Of a stretch of DNA of 64,000 nt, positions 18,651 through 33,100 are shown one piece after another (within the stretch, counting starts at the first letter, position 1; every line of letters begins with the position of its first letter). The DNA comes from Narcine bancroftii (taxonomy: Eukaryota). The position numbers were made by a program, and so were the translations under genes. The stretch is taken from NCBI RefSeq assembly GCF_036971445.1, contig NC_091477.1:120528001-120592000 (forward strand), in the 5' to 3' direction. The notes below the pieces were generated by a model. The model did no database searches. It was not told the DNA's origin and saw only the letters and a list, made by a program, of their open reading frames with translations.

Positions 18651-19229
18651 CACTTTCTCAGCGCAACGTTTGAGCTCAAGCCTCATGTTCCCACTCTTAC
18701 ACTCTCCATTCCCATAATGGCCGCTCCGCTCTGTCCCTGTATCACTTTTATTTGCTCCTGCTTCTGTGCATTGCTCTCGCGCTCTCGGAGTCTTTTCGTG
18801 GACTTCAGGCTGCTTCCCTTTTAAACGCCCTGAAAAGTCCTGCTCCCGACACTCACCAGTTGCCGAGTCCTGGGTCTGCTCCACGCTGTTTCCCTTACTG
18901 TCCTGCAGACAGTCTATACCGGACCTGTATGTTGAATAGTAAGTCCCTTGTTGTCGACCAAGGGACTTGGTGGTAGAGATACACAGTTCCACCAAAATGG
19001 TGACAGTGTAAATTGAATGGCAAAGAAACGTTTAACATCCTTGGATTAATCAGTCAGCACATTGAGTCGAGGATTGGGGACATCATATAATAAGTGTACA
19101 ATACTTTGGTTTCGCACATGGACTATTGTCGGCAGATCTGGTCATTGGACGTAAGGAAAGATATAAGTAACTTCGAAATGTGCAGAAAAGATTCACGAGA
19201 ATATTGTTGAGACTGTCAGGCATGAATTA

Positions 19230-19780
19230 AACTGGACAACGAATACTTTTCTTCCAGAACATATTTGAGTGTATTATATGCATTTTGGGCCGCGGATCAC
19301 GAAAATAACCTTAAAAAATTCCTATAACGTCAGTTTCTTTTAGATACAGCCTATTTTGTGACTTTCTTTCACATTTTAAGTCTACTTCAACCATAGAAAC
19401 CATGAAGTTCAACATGTCATTGAAACTAATTTTCTCCATTCGCACTTGCTGATCTTGGCGCAGTTAGTGGCAAATATGGACCATTGAAAAACGATAGTAG
19501 GGCAACTGGAATCCATCAAGGCTGGCCGACTATTATTGGATATTGACACGAGACGCAGCAGATGCTGAGTACAAACGAAAATCAGGAGGAAACATTTTTA
19601 GATCAGTTGAACTAACACAATGAGTCAGGATCATTATGCGGTTCAATATGTGGAATTCAATAAAAGTTCATTTATTATTTCTCTAACTTCCTACATGATG
19701 CAGGAATTGCGAAATTACCTTTGTGTTAAGCTTGAAGTTGTCCTCAATTTCAGGAAGCAAATTTTTTGGAAAAAAAAGTC
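19230..19780 (+). mobile_element. Deleted DNA-transposon remnant (tentatively Sola-like) nested in CR1 debris (~19000-20160)
   Basis: Degenerate transposase C-terminus MSLKL.FLHSHL...LGAVS...GNWNPS.LADYYW.LTR...EYKRKS. Confidence 0.5.
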
Positions 19781-20586
19781 CAATATTATATGAAGGACTG
19801 GATAGGTTGGAACTTTCCTCTCTGGACTGTCGGAGGTTGAGGAGAGTCCTTACAACGGATTAAAAATAATAATGAGAGGCAGAGATGAAGTAAATTTTCA
19901 TTGATGCTTCCCCTCAGCATAAGGGAAGGTCAAACTACTGTATAGTGTATGAGAGGAGAAAATGTAGTCAAGACGTGAGGAGAACTGTTTCACACAGAGT
20001 GGCTCAACGAAGCAATTATCCAGAAAGCATGGGAGAGAGTGGAACAATTGAGACATTTAAAAGACATTTAGAGAGAGACATGGAACAAGCGCAGTGAAAT
20101 GGGACGTACATGATTGGTATGGACAACTTGGCCAAAGCGCCCATTCCTAATCTGTGAAACTGTGGTTCTTTTGTCTTCATTCGGAGGGGAAAACATTATT
20201 AAAAGGGAGATTTAACCAACTTGAACTTCAAGCAATCAACTATTGAAATTCACGTCCTTTCATGGATTTATTGTTGAACAGAATAGGTTTGGAGTTATTC
20301 CTCTTGTAATGGGTGCCTAATGATAATTTAACATCTCCTGGCGATTATGAGCGGCAAGATGCCTTATTACTCTCTGAAGTTTCTTGTTTCATTTGAAAAT
20401 ATCTGTACTCATCTGGGAGTGAAAATCTGTCTATTTTTATTAGATGTAATTTTTATTTTCTTTCAAATCCCCTTGTGATCAGCCAGATTTAACTTCGTGT
20501 CGCTATATACCATGACATGGTTGGAAATTATACATGGCTACAATTGCAGATCGCATTGGGATTTCGCCAGGTCTTAACAGAGACAA

Positions 20587-20593
20587 TATGAAT
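20587..20593 (+). promoter_or_regulatory. TATA-like element (TATGAAT) of V2R gene A
   Basis: Aligned position of TATAAAT in paralogs B and C within a conserved upstream block. Confidence 0.4.
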
Positions 20594-20641
20594 CCGAGTT
20601 ATTCCCTTTAAAGTGTGACAGCGGTGACAGTTACCTGATCA

Positions 20642-23600
20642 ATGCTTCGACTTCTGGTTCTCCTGTTGCTGGCCGCTAAGCGGGAAACGTACGGAGAAGT
20701 CTGCATGCGTCGAGCAAAAGTCAGTTTGTCCGATTTAGCCAAAGATGGAGATATCATCGTTGGGGGAATATTTACTGTGCATTTAGATCCCATTCACGAC
20801 GTCCATTCATTTAACTTTATTCCGAAGAACACTGGGTGCAGAAGGTGAGTCTGCCCCTTGAAACCCTGCATTTGTTTGCAGGACAGTGCCGTAGAAATCG
20901 CAAGTATCGATGAAGATGATCTTGGAATTGGAGATTTAATAGTTGGGTGACACCTTTGTACAATCCGATCGTTCGCTTCCACTGCCACCTGCTGATTCAT
21001 CATTACAACAGTGAATGTTACAATGTACATGGTTATTTTCTCCATCATACAGTGTAGCGAAGCAACATAAGTATGTTCACGGTTCAAGGTTCTTTTTAAT
21101 GGTAACGGGATACATTAAAAATGTTACATTCATGATATAGAGTACTTAAAATGTTGCCTGTTAAGGTAAAGAATCACCATTAGTATTGTCCGGCTCCCCT
21201 TAATGTACAAGAGAAAGAAAAGCAAAGAGAGAAGGATTGATGTAGATTTCCTGTGCAGAGATTTAAAAGAAATAGGGTGAATGTGCTAGGCTATCCATGC
21301 ATTTTCCATGAGGTACTGGACTATCTTGATCATGAACTCTGTCATCACTTAATAGGGCACCTTCCATCTTAAGCCTGTGCAGAAGGCATCTTCCACAGGC
21401 GAGTTGGAACTAGTTATCATTTGTTATCTGTGATGGTACAGGTCGTATTGATCGGATTTCCACGATGAATGATTCATTTATTTCAGCGGACATGGGATCG
21501 AATCCCATGCTCTCTGTCAGGAGTTTGTACGTTTACTCCGTGTTTGCTTGGGTTTCTTCCAGGAGCTTAGGCCTCCTCCCACCGTTCAAAACATACCGTG
21601 GTTGTAGGTCAATTGGGTGGCACCGGCTCTTAGGCCGAAAAGGCCTATTACCGTGCTGTATATCTCAATTTAAAATGTAAATTTAAATTCATCATCCGAC
21701 ATCAAGGCATAAGACCTTCGGTGAAATCTGAACTGGGTGATGTTCGGTGATAGATTGGGGATACCTGCCGACGTTGGCTTGTTTTTGCTGATGGAGCAGT
21801 TGCATTTTCTGCAGGTTACATCTCCGGAAAGGATTAGAGCGAGGCGATGTCTTCAAGACGATGTAGCTAGGTTGTTGTAGCCACGCTAGCGATAATTGTT
21901 TACGATCCTCTGAGAGAGAAGTCTATTTTTAGTTTCTTCCTGAGGTTCGGGATATAAAACTCATTTTACGTACTGTAACTGGCAAAGAACGAAATATCTC
22001 TGATTCTGGTGCCATTCCACCAACAAGTATCCGAGGTACTCTTGAGCTTTTTTTTAATTACACGGAAATACATGATCCTCACACTACGTTAGACAGATAT
22101 GTGTTGCGTTGACCAACATACCAATAAACACGGGAATGTATGAAATAGAAGCGGGAGTCGGCGCTTGCACCCTCATTGAAAATGACAATGGCTTACTCTT
22201 CAGGTCTACTTTATTTTCCTGAGAATCCCCCGTCTTCCCTCGATTCCCTTGATTCCTCGAAAATCAATACTTCCTCTTGAATACACCCAGAAAAAAATCC
22301 ACTGAATGGCCAATCCCGTATTCTCGGTTTTAGTCAGCCTGTCCATTTACTTCGCAACTGAAAATCAACACCAAGCTAATTCAAACCAAGGGTCTGCCAC
22401 CCAAAATCTTATCTCCGTCTCTCTTCCAACAGATGCTACGGAACCTGCTAAATTCATTGCACACTAGATGTGCTCTATTTATTTCAACATCCACAATCTG
22501 ACCTTTTAATGTTTATCCATTTTACAGGATAATTGTAAATTAATAATTGTGTCAATTCCTCACCACATTTCGCCTTTATTTGGTTGGTCGGTAACTTTCA
22601 TTAGAAATTATGGAATAGTCCATTTGTTGTCCTTTATGAACAATCAAAATTTAATATAGTTTTTAGTTTAATGGAATTTTTAATTTGATAAACGTTATCA
22701 TCTCTTCTTGCATTTGTCGAACAGTTTTGAGTTTGGAAAATATTTTGTTAGTGAAGTGTGAAATATCGGTTTAATTCTGAATTAAGAATCTTTGATCGTG
22801 TCCCATTTCTATTTCCGCAGTTTTGAGTTTGCAAATTTCCGATTGGCTCAGACAATGGTTTTTGCCATTGAGGAAATAAACCAGAATAAAAATCTACTCC
22901 CGGGGATCACACTCGGGTATGAGATCCGCGATGACTGTTCATCCTCAGCGATAGCCTCTCAAGCAGCTTTGGCTTTGATTAATGGAGAAGAAGAATTAAT
23001 TGAATACCCGGAATGTAGAAGCTCTTCGAATGTCGCTGCCATCGTTGGGTGTGATATATCCACAAACTCCATCGTAACCGCACGGACAATCGGATCCTTT
23101 GGAATCCCGCTGGTAATATTCAAATATTTGACTGCAGATGATAAAAATCTTCCTTCTCCTCATTGGCTCAAAAATAAATTATAGAACTTGGAATTTTGCA
23201 GAGATTGTGCGCCATTTGCAAACACGTCCTGTGAAAAGTTAGCTTAGCTTCTCTTAAGTTTATTGTAGTAAGTAATGTATAAAGGCAAAAATGCGAGATG
23301 CGAATCAAACACAAGCGATACATCAGATAACGCACAAGCTGTAACCAGGTTTTCTTATATTTATAAATATTCATGGATGGGGATATTGGGTCACAAAGCG
23401 TGGAAACGGGCCTCTCTGACCAACTTTCCCAAGCCTAATAGTACATGAGTGGAAAGAAAGTTTGAAAACCATTGCTCTAAATCTGTGCTATCCAGGTATC
23501 CATCAATATTTTAAACGTAGCAAGAACAGCGTCCTCAACCATCTCCTCCGGCAACTGATTCGATACAGTCAACACTCTCTGAAGCAAAATACTCCACGGG

Positions 23601-26600
23601 TTGCCCTCACCTTCAACCTATGTCCTTTAGTTACCGATTCCCCCGCTCAGAGAAAAAGACTGTGCGTTCTCTTGATCTATTACTGGGATATACCACTCTA
23701 ATATCAGCCCTCATCGTCGGAAGTCCAGGGCATAAAACCAAAGCCTAGTGATATTCTTCCTATAGATGAGGTCCAAGGTTCTCGCAACATCCTCGTTATT
23801 CTTCTCTGTGCCCTCTCTGGCGTCATATCTTTGGTGCAGCGTGGTGACGAACGCAATACTGCAATGCGGTATCATAAATGTCCTTTCAACTGCACCTGAC
23901 TTTCCGAACGTCTGCACTCAGAACTCTGACTGGTGAAGGCCAATGTGCCAAAATCATTTTTTTTAAAATCTCTCTTTCTACCTATTAATCTACTTTCAAA
24001 GAACTATGCAGCTGTATTCCTCTGCTTTTCAGCCCTCCCCGGATTCCTACAATTCACTTTGCATGTTAGATCTCCTAAAATTAAACTAACATTTAATTTC
24101 CACCAACCACCCCTCTGCCACCTGCCCGACCGACAATAATCCTGCTGCAATTTTTGACAAACGTCTTATACTCCAGTATCATCCCAGAACCTGTTAAACA
24201 AGCTTATGTCCATTTTCACTGAAACCATTTCATGCCGAAAAACAGTAATGTGCCCAGCACCGAGCGTGTCGCACTGCAAACCACAGACCACCAGTTCTAA
24301 AACGTACCACCTTTGCCATCTCCTTTAGTGGGATATATTGACCATTCCTTTTTCCATGTCCATAGCATCGCCACCACCCAACTTTGTAACCATCCGTTAC
24401 TTTGATATTTGCCTTAGGAATGCTTCCTCCATCTGTGCAGAACTCGTCGATGGTATACACTTTGCTACAAACATCAAACTGCTCAGAAATTACTTGGACC
24501 ATTTTTGACATATCGCGACCCTTTCTAGATGTCCTTGTCTCCATCTCAGGAAACAAATTATGTATTGACAATTATTCCCAGCCTACTGACTTGTGCAAGC
24601 TACCTGCACGAATCTCATCCCACTATATCGTCTGTAAGAATGCCCTGCCTTTTCCAAAGTTTATCCGTCTCTGACGCATCTTCTTTCAAGACGAAGCCTT
24701 CCATTCAGGGACATCTGAAATGTCTTCCTTTTTCAGAAAAGAAGACCTTCCATTCTGGTCAGTAGAGCCATATCCCATATTTCCGTAATTATCGAGCTCT
24801 GCACTCGCGCCCTCCCCCAAACAGATAAAGAACAGTGTTCCCTTTGTGCTCGTCCTTAACTATTTCCCATCATGCAGTTAGATCTCAGCACCAGTTGCAT
24901 CTACGCCTCTGCATTGTATCTGCCTCCCAAGGCTTCATTTCCTCTGTGACTCTCGTCTTCTACCCCTTTCATCGATTCCTTTGGATCCCCAATACAGGGG
25001 ATGGAACACGTTCTTATATCTCCTCCTTCAGCACCATCCAGGGATGTAGAAAGCCCTTCCACGTGAGGTAGAAATTCACGTTAATCTTTTCCAACCTCAG
25101 TTCACTGCATTCGATGCTCACAATGTGGAATCATCTATATTGATGAGACCAAGCGTGGACCACGGGGCCATTTCGCAAAGCATCTATGCTCCCTCTGCAA
25201 TGGGAATACTGAGTTTCAGTTTCATGCAATTTCAAATCCCATTTCCAATTCCCAGTGTAACCTGTCCATCTGCTAGAGTGAACCCCAACATAAATTCGTG
25301 GATAAACATCTCATATTCGGCCTGGGAACTCTCCGGCCCGATAGCATCAGCAATGAATTTTCCAATTTCGGATCACTCTTTCTCTTTCCCAGCTACTACT
25401 GTGGTTCACCCCTACCGTTTCTGCATTTATGTACCCTTTCCCAAACAACGACATCCAGTCCGCACAATTTCTCATGAGCTGCCCCTTCTGGTTCCATTCT
25501 CCTCCACCCACATTTCACCTACATATCTCCCTACCATTCTTTCGGTTCCAATTTGTACTTAGCTTCACCTCATTATCATGTTATCCACTTACAGGATTCC
25601 AGCAGCAGTAGCATTTTGTTTCCACATCACTTCCTTTATCCGTCTGCCACGCCGCCCTGCATAAACCATCTTCCTCCCCTGCACCCTTGACCCTTGTTGC
25701 CTCTCTTTACCCGAGTTGGGCACTTGCATATTAATGGACCATTGTCTGTCATCGTTCACTGCTCCCTGTTTCACCAATCACCGATTGTCCTCTGCCCACT
25801 GTTCTGGTTATCTTTCCGCCGCACTCTCAATTTTGATGAAGGTTCACGACCCGAAGCTCGACCATTCTTCTTCTCCCACTGACGCTGGTCGACGGCTGAG
25901 TTACTTCAGCAGATTGTTTTGTTCTCCAGATTCCAACATCTTCAGTCACACATGTACTTCTCATTTACAAATTTGCATCTTCCTCTACAGGTTAGTTACT
26001 TCTCCACTTGTTCCTGTCTGAGCGATAAGAAAGAATACCCTACATTCTTTAGAACTATAACCAGCGATAAGTACCAGTCCAGAATTTTCGCTGAACTGGT
26101 GAAAGCGTTTGGCTGGACTTGGATCGGAACTATTAGAAGTAACACAGATTATGGCAATTTTGGAATGGAAGAATTTGTGGGACACGTGGAAAAGTTTGGA
26201 GTTTGCATTGCCTACTCTGAGTCTTTTTACAGGACAGATACAGCGGAAAAAATCAGTAACATTGTCCGGGTGATTAAACAGGCGTCCACAAAAGTGGTGG
26301 TGGCCTTTGTTCATGGCGGTGATATGCGAATTTTGTTGGACGAAATTTGGCGTCAAAATGTAACCGGCATACAGTGGATTGGAAGCGAAGGGTGGGTGAC
26401 AAGAAATCTTCTTCCGCCTGAAGAAGCAGCAATGTATCTCGCCGGGACAATTGGTCCTGCAAACCATAGGACAGAGATCGCCGACCTCAGAGATTTTCTT
26501 CAAAATGTGCATCCTTCCAAGTTTCCTGGCAACATTTTGATAACAGAGTTCTGGGAAAATTTATTCAGCTGTTCTTTTAGCATAGACAACATGTCAAGCC

Positions 26601-29600
26601 CACGAAATTCTCCAGTTCCAGTTATGAAATGCACAGGAAATGAACATATGGAAGGCACAGAAAACGCCTACCTTCCAGCGATAATGGATGGAAGTTCTTA
26701 CCACGTGTATAAAGCGGTCTACGCTATCGCGCATGCCCTCCATGACCTATTTATCTGTGAAAACGGCAAAGGGCCCTTTTTAAATAATACGTGTGCACAG
26801 ATTTCAAATTTTGAGCCTTGGCAGGTAAGAAAAATGTACATCCTTTCTTAGCTTAAACACTCAATGGACAATGCCTTGTCACATTATTAATCTTGTTCCA
26901 TTTTGTTGTGCGTGCATTTCATCCTGGACTATGACATCTGAGCAACCAATTCACAATGTGATCGTTAGAAGATTGTTTTTCATCTCAGGCAATGAGTTCA
27001 AGTGGATAATGGATCGACCAGTAAAGAATGTTAAATGTGGCAGCTAATTTAGAGGTAAAGGAGCTGTGCATAAAGCAGAAGATTGTCGTGATATGGTACA
27101 GAGTTGGTCAGAACAGTGGCAGATGAAGTTCAATCTGGATAAATGTGAGGTAATGCATTTAGGGTGGCCGAACCAGAAGCCTAAGTACAGGGTTAATATT
27201 CGGAGACTTAACAGTGTGGAGAAGCAGAGGGAACATGCATACATCTTTTGTTTGCCATGCAGGTTGCTAGGATAGTAAAGAACGCCTATTGGATGTTGAG
27301 CTTCATTAATAAGGATAATGGGTGCAAGAATCGAGAGGTAATGTTGCAGATTCACACATCTCTGGATGAGAACATAGATTTGAGTATTGTGTTCAGTTCT
27401 GGTCACTTCATTATAGGGAGGATGTGAAAGTTGTGGAGAGGTGCACAGTGGATTTACCAGGATGTTACCTAGATTGGAAAATAAGTCTTGTGAGGCAAAA
27501 TTCTTTAACAGCCATGCGGCCATTTTGAAACCATTAAGTGTTTTTTTTTATTTTTTATCCTTGGCCCATGTTCAGAGGTGTGTACATTAGACGCCACCAG
27601 TATCACTATGTTCCTTCAGGCGGTAATTACCCTTCAGAAAATTTGATTGGTTTAAGTGTACAGTGAATTTGATTGTCTGTATTTCCGTACACCAAATCCA
27701 CGGCAGGGATCAAGGCTAATCTTCCTTGATTTTCTTTTCCCCAGCTGCTCCACTACCTACGCATAGTTAACTTCACAACGAAGACTGGAGAAATTGTATA
27801 TTTTGATACAAATGGTGATCCAGTGCCAAGATACGAATTCGTGAATTTGAAAAAGAATTCTGAGGGTAGAGTTGACATTGAAAACATTGGCTATTATGAT
27901 GGTTCAGCTCCAGCAGGGCACAAACTGGTGATGAATGTTGCGGATATCATGTGGAGCACAGCTGGAAATCAGGTATGTCTCCTTGACCGTGGTTTTACAT
28001 TGGCAAATGAAAAAAGTGCATATTTGAGGGAAGAGATATGAGATTTTAGCTCTCATTGCTAATTACTGATGCTCTGGTTTGATTAAACTTCAAGTGAATA
28101 CTTGATATTTGTATTTACAAATTAAGAGTTTAGAGCGAGGTGAACAACATTTTTATTAAAACGCACATTCCACTTTAAGTATTCCCCATGCCAAAAGTGC
28201 TCTGTGATTAGTAAGGGATTGCTTAAGGTGATATGAGAGTGAAAAAGAAAAGGTTTGAAAATCACTGGTTTAATCGCACCTAATTGACTCGTTATGTGCA
28301 CGCTTTCATAACTCCAAATGACAAATTTTCTCAAGCAAAATATTTCAGTAACAATTGGGTCCAGGGTAATGGTTTCACTATTCCTTTAAGCAATCCCTTA
28401 CGAATTAAAGAGCATTATGGCAGGGGGAATAATTAAAGTGGAATGTGGGATGTCCACATAAAAAAAAAATGAAAAGTTCAAAGTGTCTTTGCCAGGGTAG
28501 TAATGGAAAAGATTTTTTTTACTTTTGCTTGCATATCTGGAAAGGATATACTGTTACAAAATAAGAGGCTGTTCGTTTAAGACTACGTTTTGCAGAAATT
28601 TCTTAAGAATTCTCCGACCAAGAGAGTGAAGGGGATATATTTAATATGGATCCTGGTGGATTTTCAAAGATGCAGGCATTGAGCGTCATGGAAATTAGCT
28701 CAGAAATTGAGTTCAGGACTTCATACATCATAAAAGACTATATTGAATGTCAGGGTAGATAAGACTGGCCCAGTGGACAAAATCGCAGCAGGTTTCCCTG
28801 CACACTATTATACCATTGGTCTGTGATAAGGATAACCTGAGAATGTTTCTTTTGCTTTAGATCCCACGAGCAATTTGCTCAGAACCCTGTCCTCCTGGAA
28901 CAAGGAAAGCGAGGCAGAAAGGGAAACCGATGTGCTGTTTTGACTGTGCAGAATGCGCCGAAGGTGAGATTAGCAACGCCTCAGGTCAGTGCAGGACAAT
29001 TCTCACTCATATCTTACTATTCAGGAATGTCTTGATGAATTCCCAAGTTCAGTGCTCTTGAACGTTTTCAGATTAAACATTGGAAGTCGTTATTTTTCAG
29101 ATTCCACAGATTGCATGAAGTGTCCCTCGGAATACTGGTCAAATCAACAGAAAACCCGATGTGTTCGCAAGAAGGTGGAGTTCCTTTCCTTTGGAGAAGT
29201 TCTGGGGTTTGTGTTGGTGACGCTCGCTCTAGTGGGAGTCTGCTTCACCTTGGCCACCGCTGCTATTTTCTACCGTTACCGGGAAACTCCCATGGTGAAA
29301 GCGAACAACTCCGAGCTCAGCTTCCTCCTTCTCTTCGCTCTCATGCTTTGCTTCATTTGCTCGCTCAGCTTCATTGGGGAACCCTCCGACTGGTCTTGCA
29401 GGTTGCGTCGCACTGTTTTCGGAGTTGTTTTCGTTCTCTGCATTTCCTGCATTTTGGGCAAAACCATTCTAGTTGTGGTGGCCTTTAAAGCAACTCTTCC
29501 CAACAGGAGCGTGATGAACTGGTTTGGACCCACTCAGCAACGGCTGGGCGTGTGTATCCTGACATTTCTGCAGGCTTTAGTTTGCGTTGTCTGGCTAAGT

Positions 29601-30008
29601 GTGTCACCTCCCCATCCCCTGAAAAACATGAGCTATTATCGAGACATCATTATTCTGGAATGCGACGTGGGGTCATTAACGGCCTTTTACTTGGTGTCGG
29701 CCTATATTGCTCTTTTGTCCATTGTGTGTTTGGTTCTCGCTTTCCTTGCCCGGAAACTTCCAGACAATTTCAACGACGCCACGTACATCACCTTCAGCAT
29801 GTTGATCTTCTCCGCTGTTTGGATCACTTTTATCCCAGCCTATGTGAGCTCTCCAGGGAAGTACACGGTGGCCGTGGAAGTGTTTGCTATCTGGGCGTCA
29901 AGTTTTGGTTTGCTGGTCTGTATTTTTGCACCGAAATGTTACATTATCTTACTGAAGCCGCAGAATAACACGAAGAAACACATGATGGGCAAAGAAACTT
30001 CTTTGTAA
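20642..30008 (+). CDS. V2R/OlfC vomeronasal type-2 receptor (CaSR-like class C GPCR), gene A, intact, 862 aa
   Basis: Exons 20642-20844, 22821-23112, 25991-26824, 27745-27972, 28861-28984, 29101-30008 (203/292/834/228/124/908 nt), all GT-AG and in frame. Signal peptide, [43 protein letters not shown], Cys-rich CCFDC, 7TM with [10 protein letters not shown] and [16 protein letters not shown] at 30059. Confidence 0.96.
21460..21690 (+). mobile_element. tRNA-derived V-SINE (HE1-like) with CR1-type tail
   Basis: V-domain-like ggagtttgtacgtttactccgtgtttgcttgggtttcttcc and tail ggccgaaaaggcctattaccgtgctgta. Confidence 0.65.
23370..24200 (-). mobile_element. Degraded CR1 3' fragment in gene A intron 2
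   Basis: Degenerate CR1 RT C-terminus and tail on the minus strand. Confidence 0.6.
24230..25960 (+). mobile_element. Degraded Penelope-like retroelement (RT C-terminus, GIY-YIG, 3' tail)
   Basis: [25 protein letters not shown]...CKNALPF.KFIRL; GIY-YIG-like [18 protein letters not shown]; tail tgatgaaggttcacgacccgaag at 25833. Confidence 0.8.
26990..27510 (+). mobile_element. CR1 RT fragment in gene A intron 3
   Basis: [20 protein letters not shown] motif. Confidence 0.8.
28165..28447. mobile_element. Palindromic MITE-like DNA element (hAT-type end)
   Basis: 28165-28230 and 28383-28447 are ~65-bp imperfect inverted repeats; internal aaaaggtttgaaaatcactg resembles a hAT terminus. Confidence 0.65.
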
Positions 30009-30129
30009 CTCTCAGTACTTGTATCTGTAGAAACGTCTGTTTGTATAATTGTTCTTCAATTAAAACAGATTTCATTCACTTCACACTGTTCAGTAAATCA
30101 AGCTAAACCTTTGCTAATTTCTATTCCTA

Positions 30130-33100
30130 CCAGGATCATGCGAATCTCAGTATTATTTTTGAAGAGGTGTCAAGAGGATAGAGGATTAGCTTTTGAGACC
30201 ATTCTGGACATTTGGAATCACTTTGACAGGTTTCGCACGGCAGGATTATATGAACATTTAAATCATGTGAGATCCATTGAGAAGTGACGAATTGGATTTA
30301 TACTGGCTTTGAAGAATGGTCCAGAGGGTAATAAGAGTGTTGTTTTAGGCCATGTTACCAGTGTTGTGTCAAGGAGATATATGCTGAGTGCACTCTTGCT
30401 TTTTATCTGTATTTGGATGGCAATGTAGTTAAAATGGTTTAGTGCTTGGCGATGACACCAAAAATAGGTGATGTAGTGGGCAGTGAGGAGGTATGTCTAA
30501 ATTTTCCTTAGGACCCCTATTTGTTGGACAGGCAGGCCAAGGAATAGCAAATAGAATATAGCTCTAACACGTGTGAGGTGTTGCATTCTGGTACGTTTAA
30601 GGAAGGTGGGCCAACAGGGTAAATGGCTCGTCTCTGGACGGTATTGTGGAAGAGAGATGCCGAATTTTCCAGGGGTGTGGTTCCTTGAAACCAAGGACTA
30701 GTGGACAGGGTAGTGAAGAATATATTTCCCTTCATTGGACTGTGCAGTAAGTGTAGAAGTTTGGACTCTGAAACATAGTTGAACAAGGAGATTATGAGAA
30801 TACAGTTGTAGCATATTGTTACTCTCGGAAGGATATCGTAAGGGGTGGAGACAAAATTCACCATGAATTGATGTTTTCAAGTCATGTTTATTGGATTATC
30901 AGGGCATGGGATAAATGACTCATCTTCACCACGGAGTGGACGACTCCTGAACTGAATTCAGGATCTGAGGGGAAATCTTTCTCTCAGAAGGCAGGACATA
31001 TCTGTTCTATATCAATGACCTGGATCAAGGAATGACTAACATTGTGGTCAAGTTTGTGGATGATATGAAAGTAGATGGAGGAGCAATAACGAAACAGGGA
31101 GGCTGTAGAAGGGCTTAGACAGATTGGGAGAAGAGGCTGAGAAGGAGTACAAGTGTACGATCATGTACTTTGGAAGAAAAAGAAATATACGGGCAAACTA
31201 TTATTCAAATGGGGAGCAAACTGAAAATACCTGCATGCAAAGGGTGTGGGAGTATTCGTGCAGGATAGCAGGAAGGTAAATTTTCATATTGAGTCATTGA
31301 TGAAGAAGGCAAATGCAATGTCGGCGTTCATGTCAAGAGGAATGGAATATAAGAACAGGGATGTGATTTTGTGGCTTTATAAGTCACTGGCCAGAGCTCA
31401 CTTGGAGTATTGTGAGAGTTTTGAACTCCTCATTTAAGAGATTATGTGCTGAAAATCGAGGGAGATCAGAAGGGTCACAAGGTCCGGGAATGGGTTTTCA
31501 TATGAGCAGCGTTTGACAGCTCTTGGCCCAGACTCTTTGGAATTTTGGAGAATGAGTGGGATGGGGTGAGATCATTGAAACATTTCGAATGGCTAAAGGC
31601 GTGGATATTGAGGATATAGAAAGGTTATTTCCCATGATGGGAGAGTTTCGGACAATTTGGCGCAACTTCAGGATTAATAGACGTCCAGTGAGAACACAAA
31701 TAGGGAGGAATCAGCCAGAGGGTGGTAAATATGTAGAATGTGATGCCAAGGGACACTGGGTGTATCTAAGGCAGAGATTTATAGGTACTTGATTTTCCAG
31801 GCATAAAAAGTTATGGGGAGAAGGCTGGGCAGTGGAGCTGAGTGGGAAAATAGATTAGCTCCTGATTAAACGGCAGGCAGACCCCATTGCCTGAATATCG
31901 TATTTAAGCTCCTCTTTCTTATGGGTAATGTGCAGAATTGAGGTTGAAATTATTTTGGAAATTTTGGAAGGGATTTGGACTATATACCGATGAATGGGAG
32001 GAGATTTAACGTCATCTTCGTTTGCAGATATAGGTTCAAGCTGTACGATTCTATCATTTAATGAAGACATATTTATATAGCATTTTATTTGTGGGGTCTT
32101 ATTGGTATGACATGGGCAGACGCTTCTCGTCGAATTATTAAAGAAAAGATGTGATGGCATTGAAGGGGTTTCAAGGGATTAGATTGTATCATCTACGAGT
32201 CGAGGATGTTTTCTCAGGAGCATTGGAGACAGACGCGACCTGTTATAAAATTATTAGAGCAACAGATAGAAATAACAGACAGAATATTTTTCGCAGAGTA
32301 GAACTGTCAAACCTGGATGGCATGGTTTAATCTTGCCCAATGGGATTCGGTTTCCTCCATTCTCGCTGGCGGTTTCCTCGATTACAAGGTGAATAAATCA
32401 GCTTCTCCATTCTATCTACTGAACACAGTTCTTCAGAAATGCAAACTCCAGTTAAAATCATCTGTGTCATCTCTGAAGCCGTAGATATTTTTAGGTTGTG
32501 GCGCTTTGCACTGAATCTGCGTTCTCTGTTCAGTGCCATCAAAACATAAGATTGGATATATTGGGCAGTATTTGCTCACATATACAAGACTTGATCTTAT
32601 TGTATTATTTTAAAATGTTTGGGTTCAGCTTGGCTCCTCATCCTTTCATTATTCTTTCCAACCATCTGTCAGAGTTTGTTTGAACTACTGTATGGCATAA
32701 TGTGCCGCCTCCCCGACAATATTAGTTCCATTATTAACTTTGGGAATGATCAGGGGCTGATTTACGAATCCTATTTTTTTCAGTATTGTGCTCACACAAG
32801 TGCGGAGGAACCGAGAGACCTGGGGATATAGGTAGATTGTTCCCTGAAGAAGGCTTTTTGGCACTTGAGCCTTAATAAATCAAAGTATTGAGCATACGAG
32901 TTGAGATGTTAGGTTGAAGTTATACAAGACATTGGTAAGGCCAATGTTTGTGCAGTTCTAGTCTTCTTGCTACAGGAAAGATAGCAATAAGATTGAAAGA
33001 GTGTATAAAAGATTTACTCTAATGTTTCCAGGTCTTCAGGAGTTGAGTTACAGGGAAAGATTAAACATAGGACTTTATTCCTTTGAACAAAGAAGAAACA

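Noticed and set aside
29276-29533. Identical 85-aa antisense ORF ([17 protein letters not shown]...) recurring at 39013, 49930 and 60665
   Set aside because: Antisense shadow of the homogenised V2R exon 6, not an independent gene
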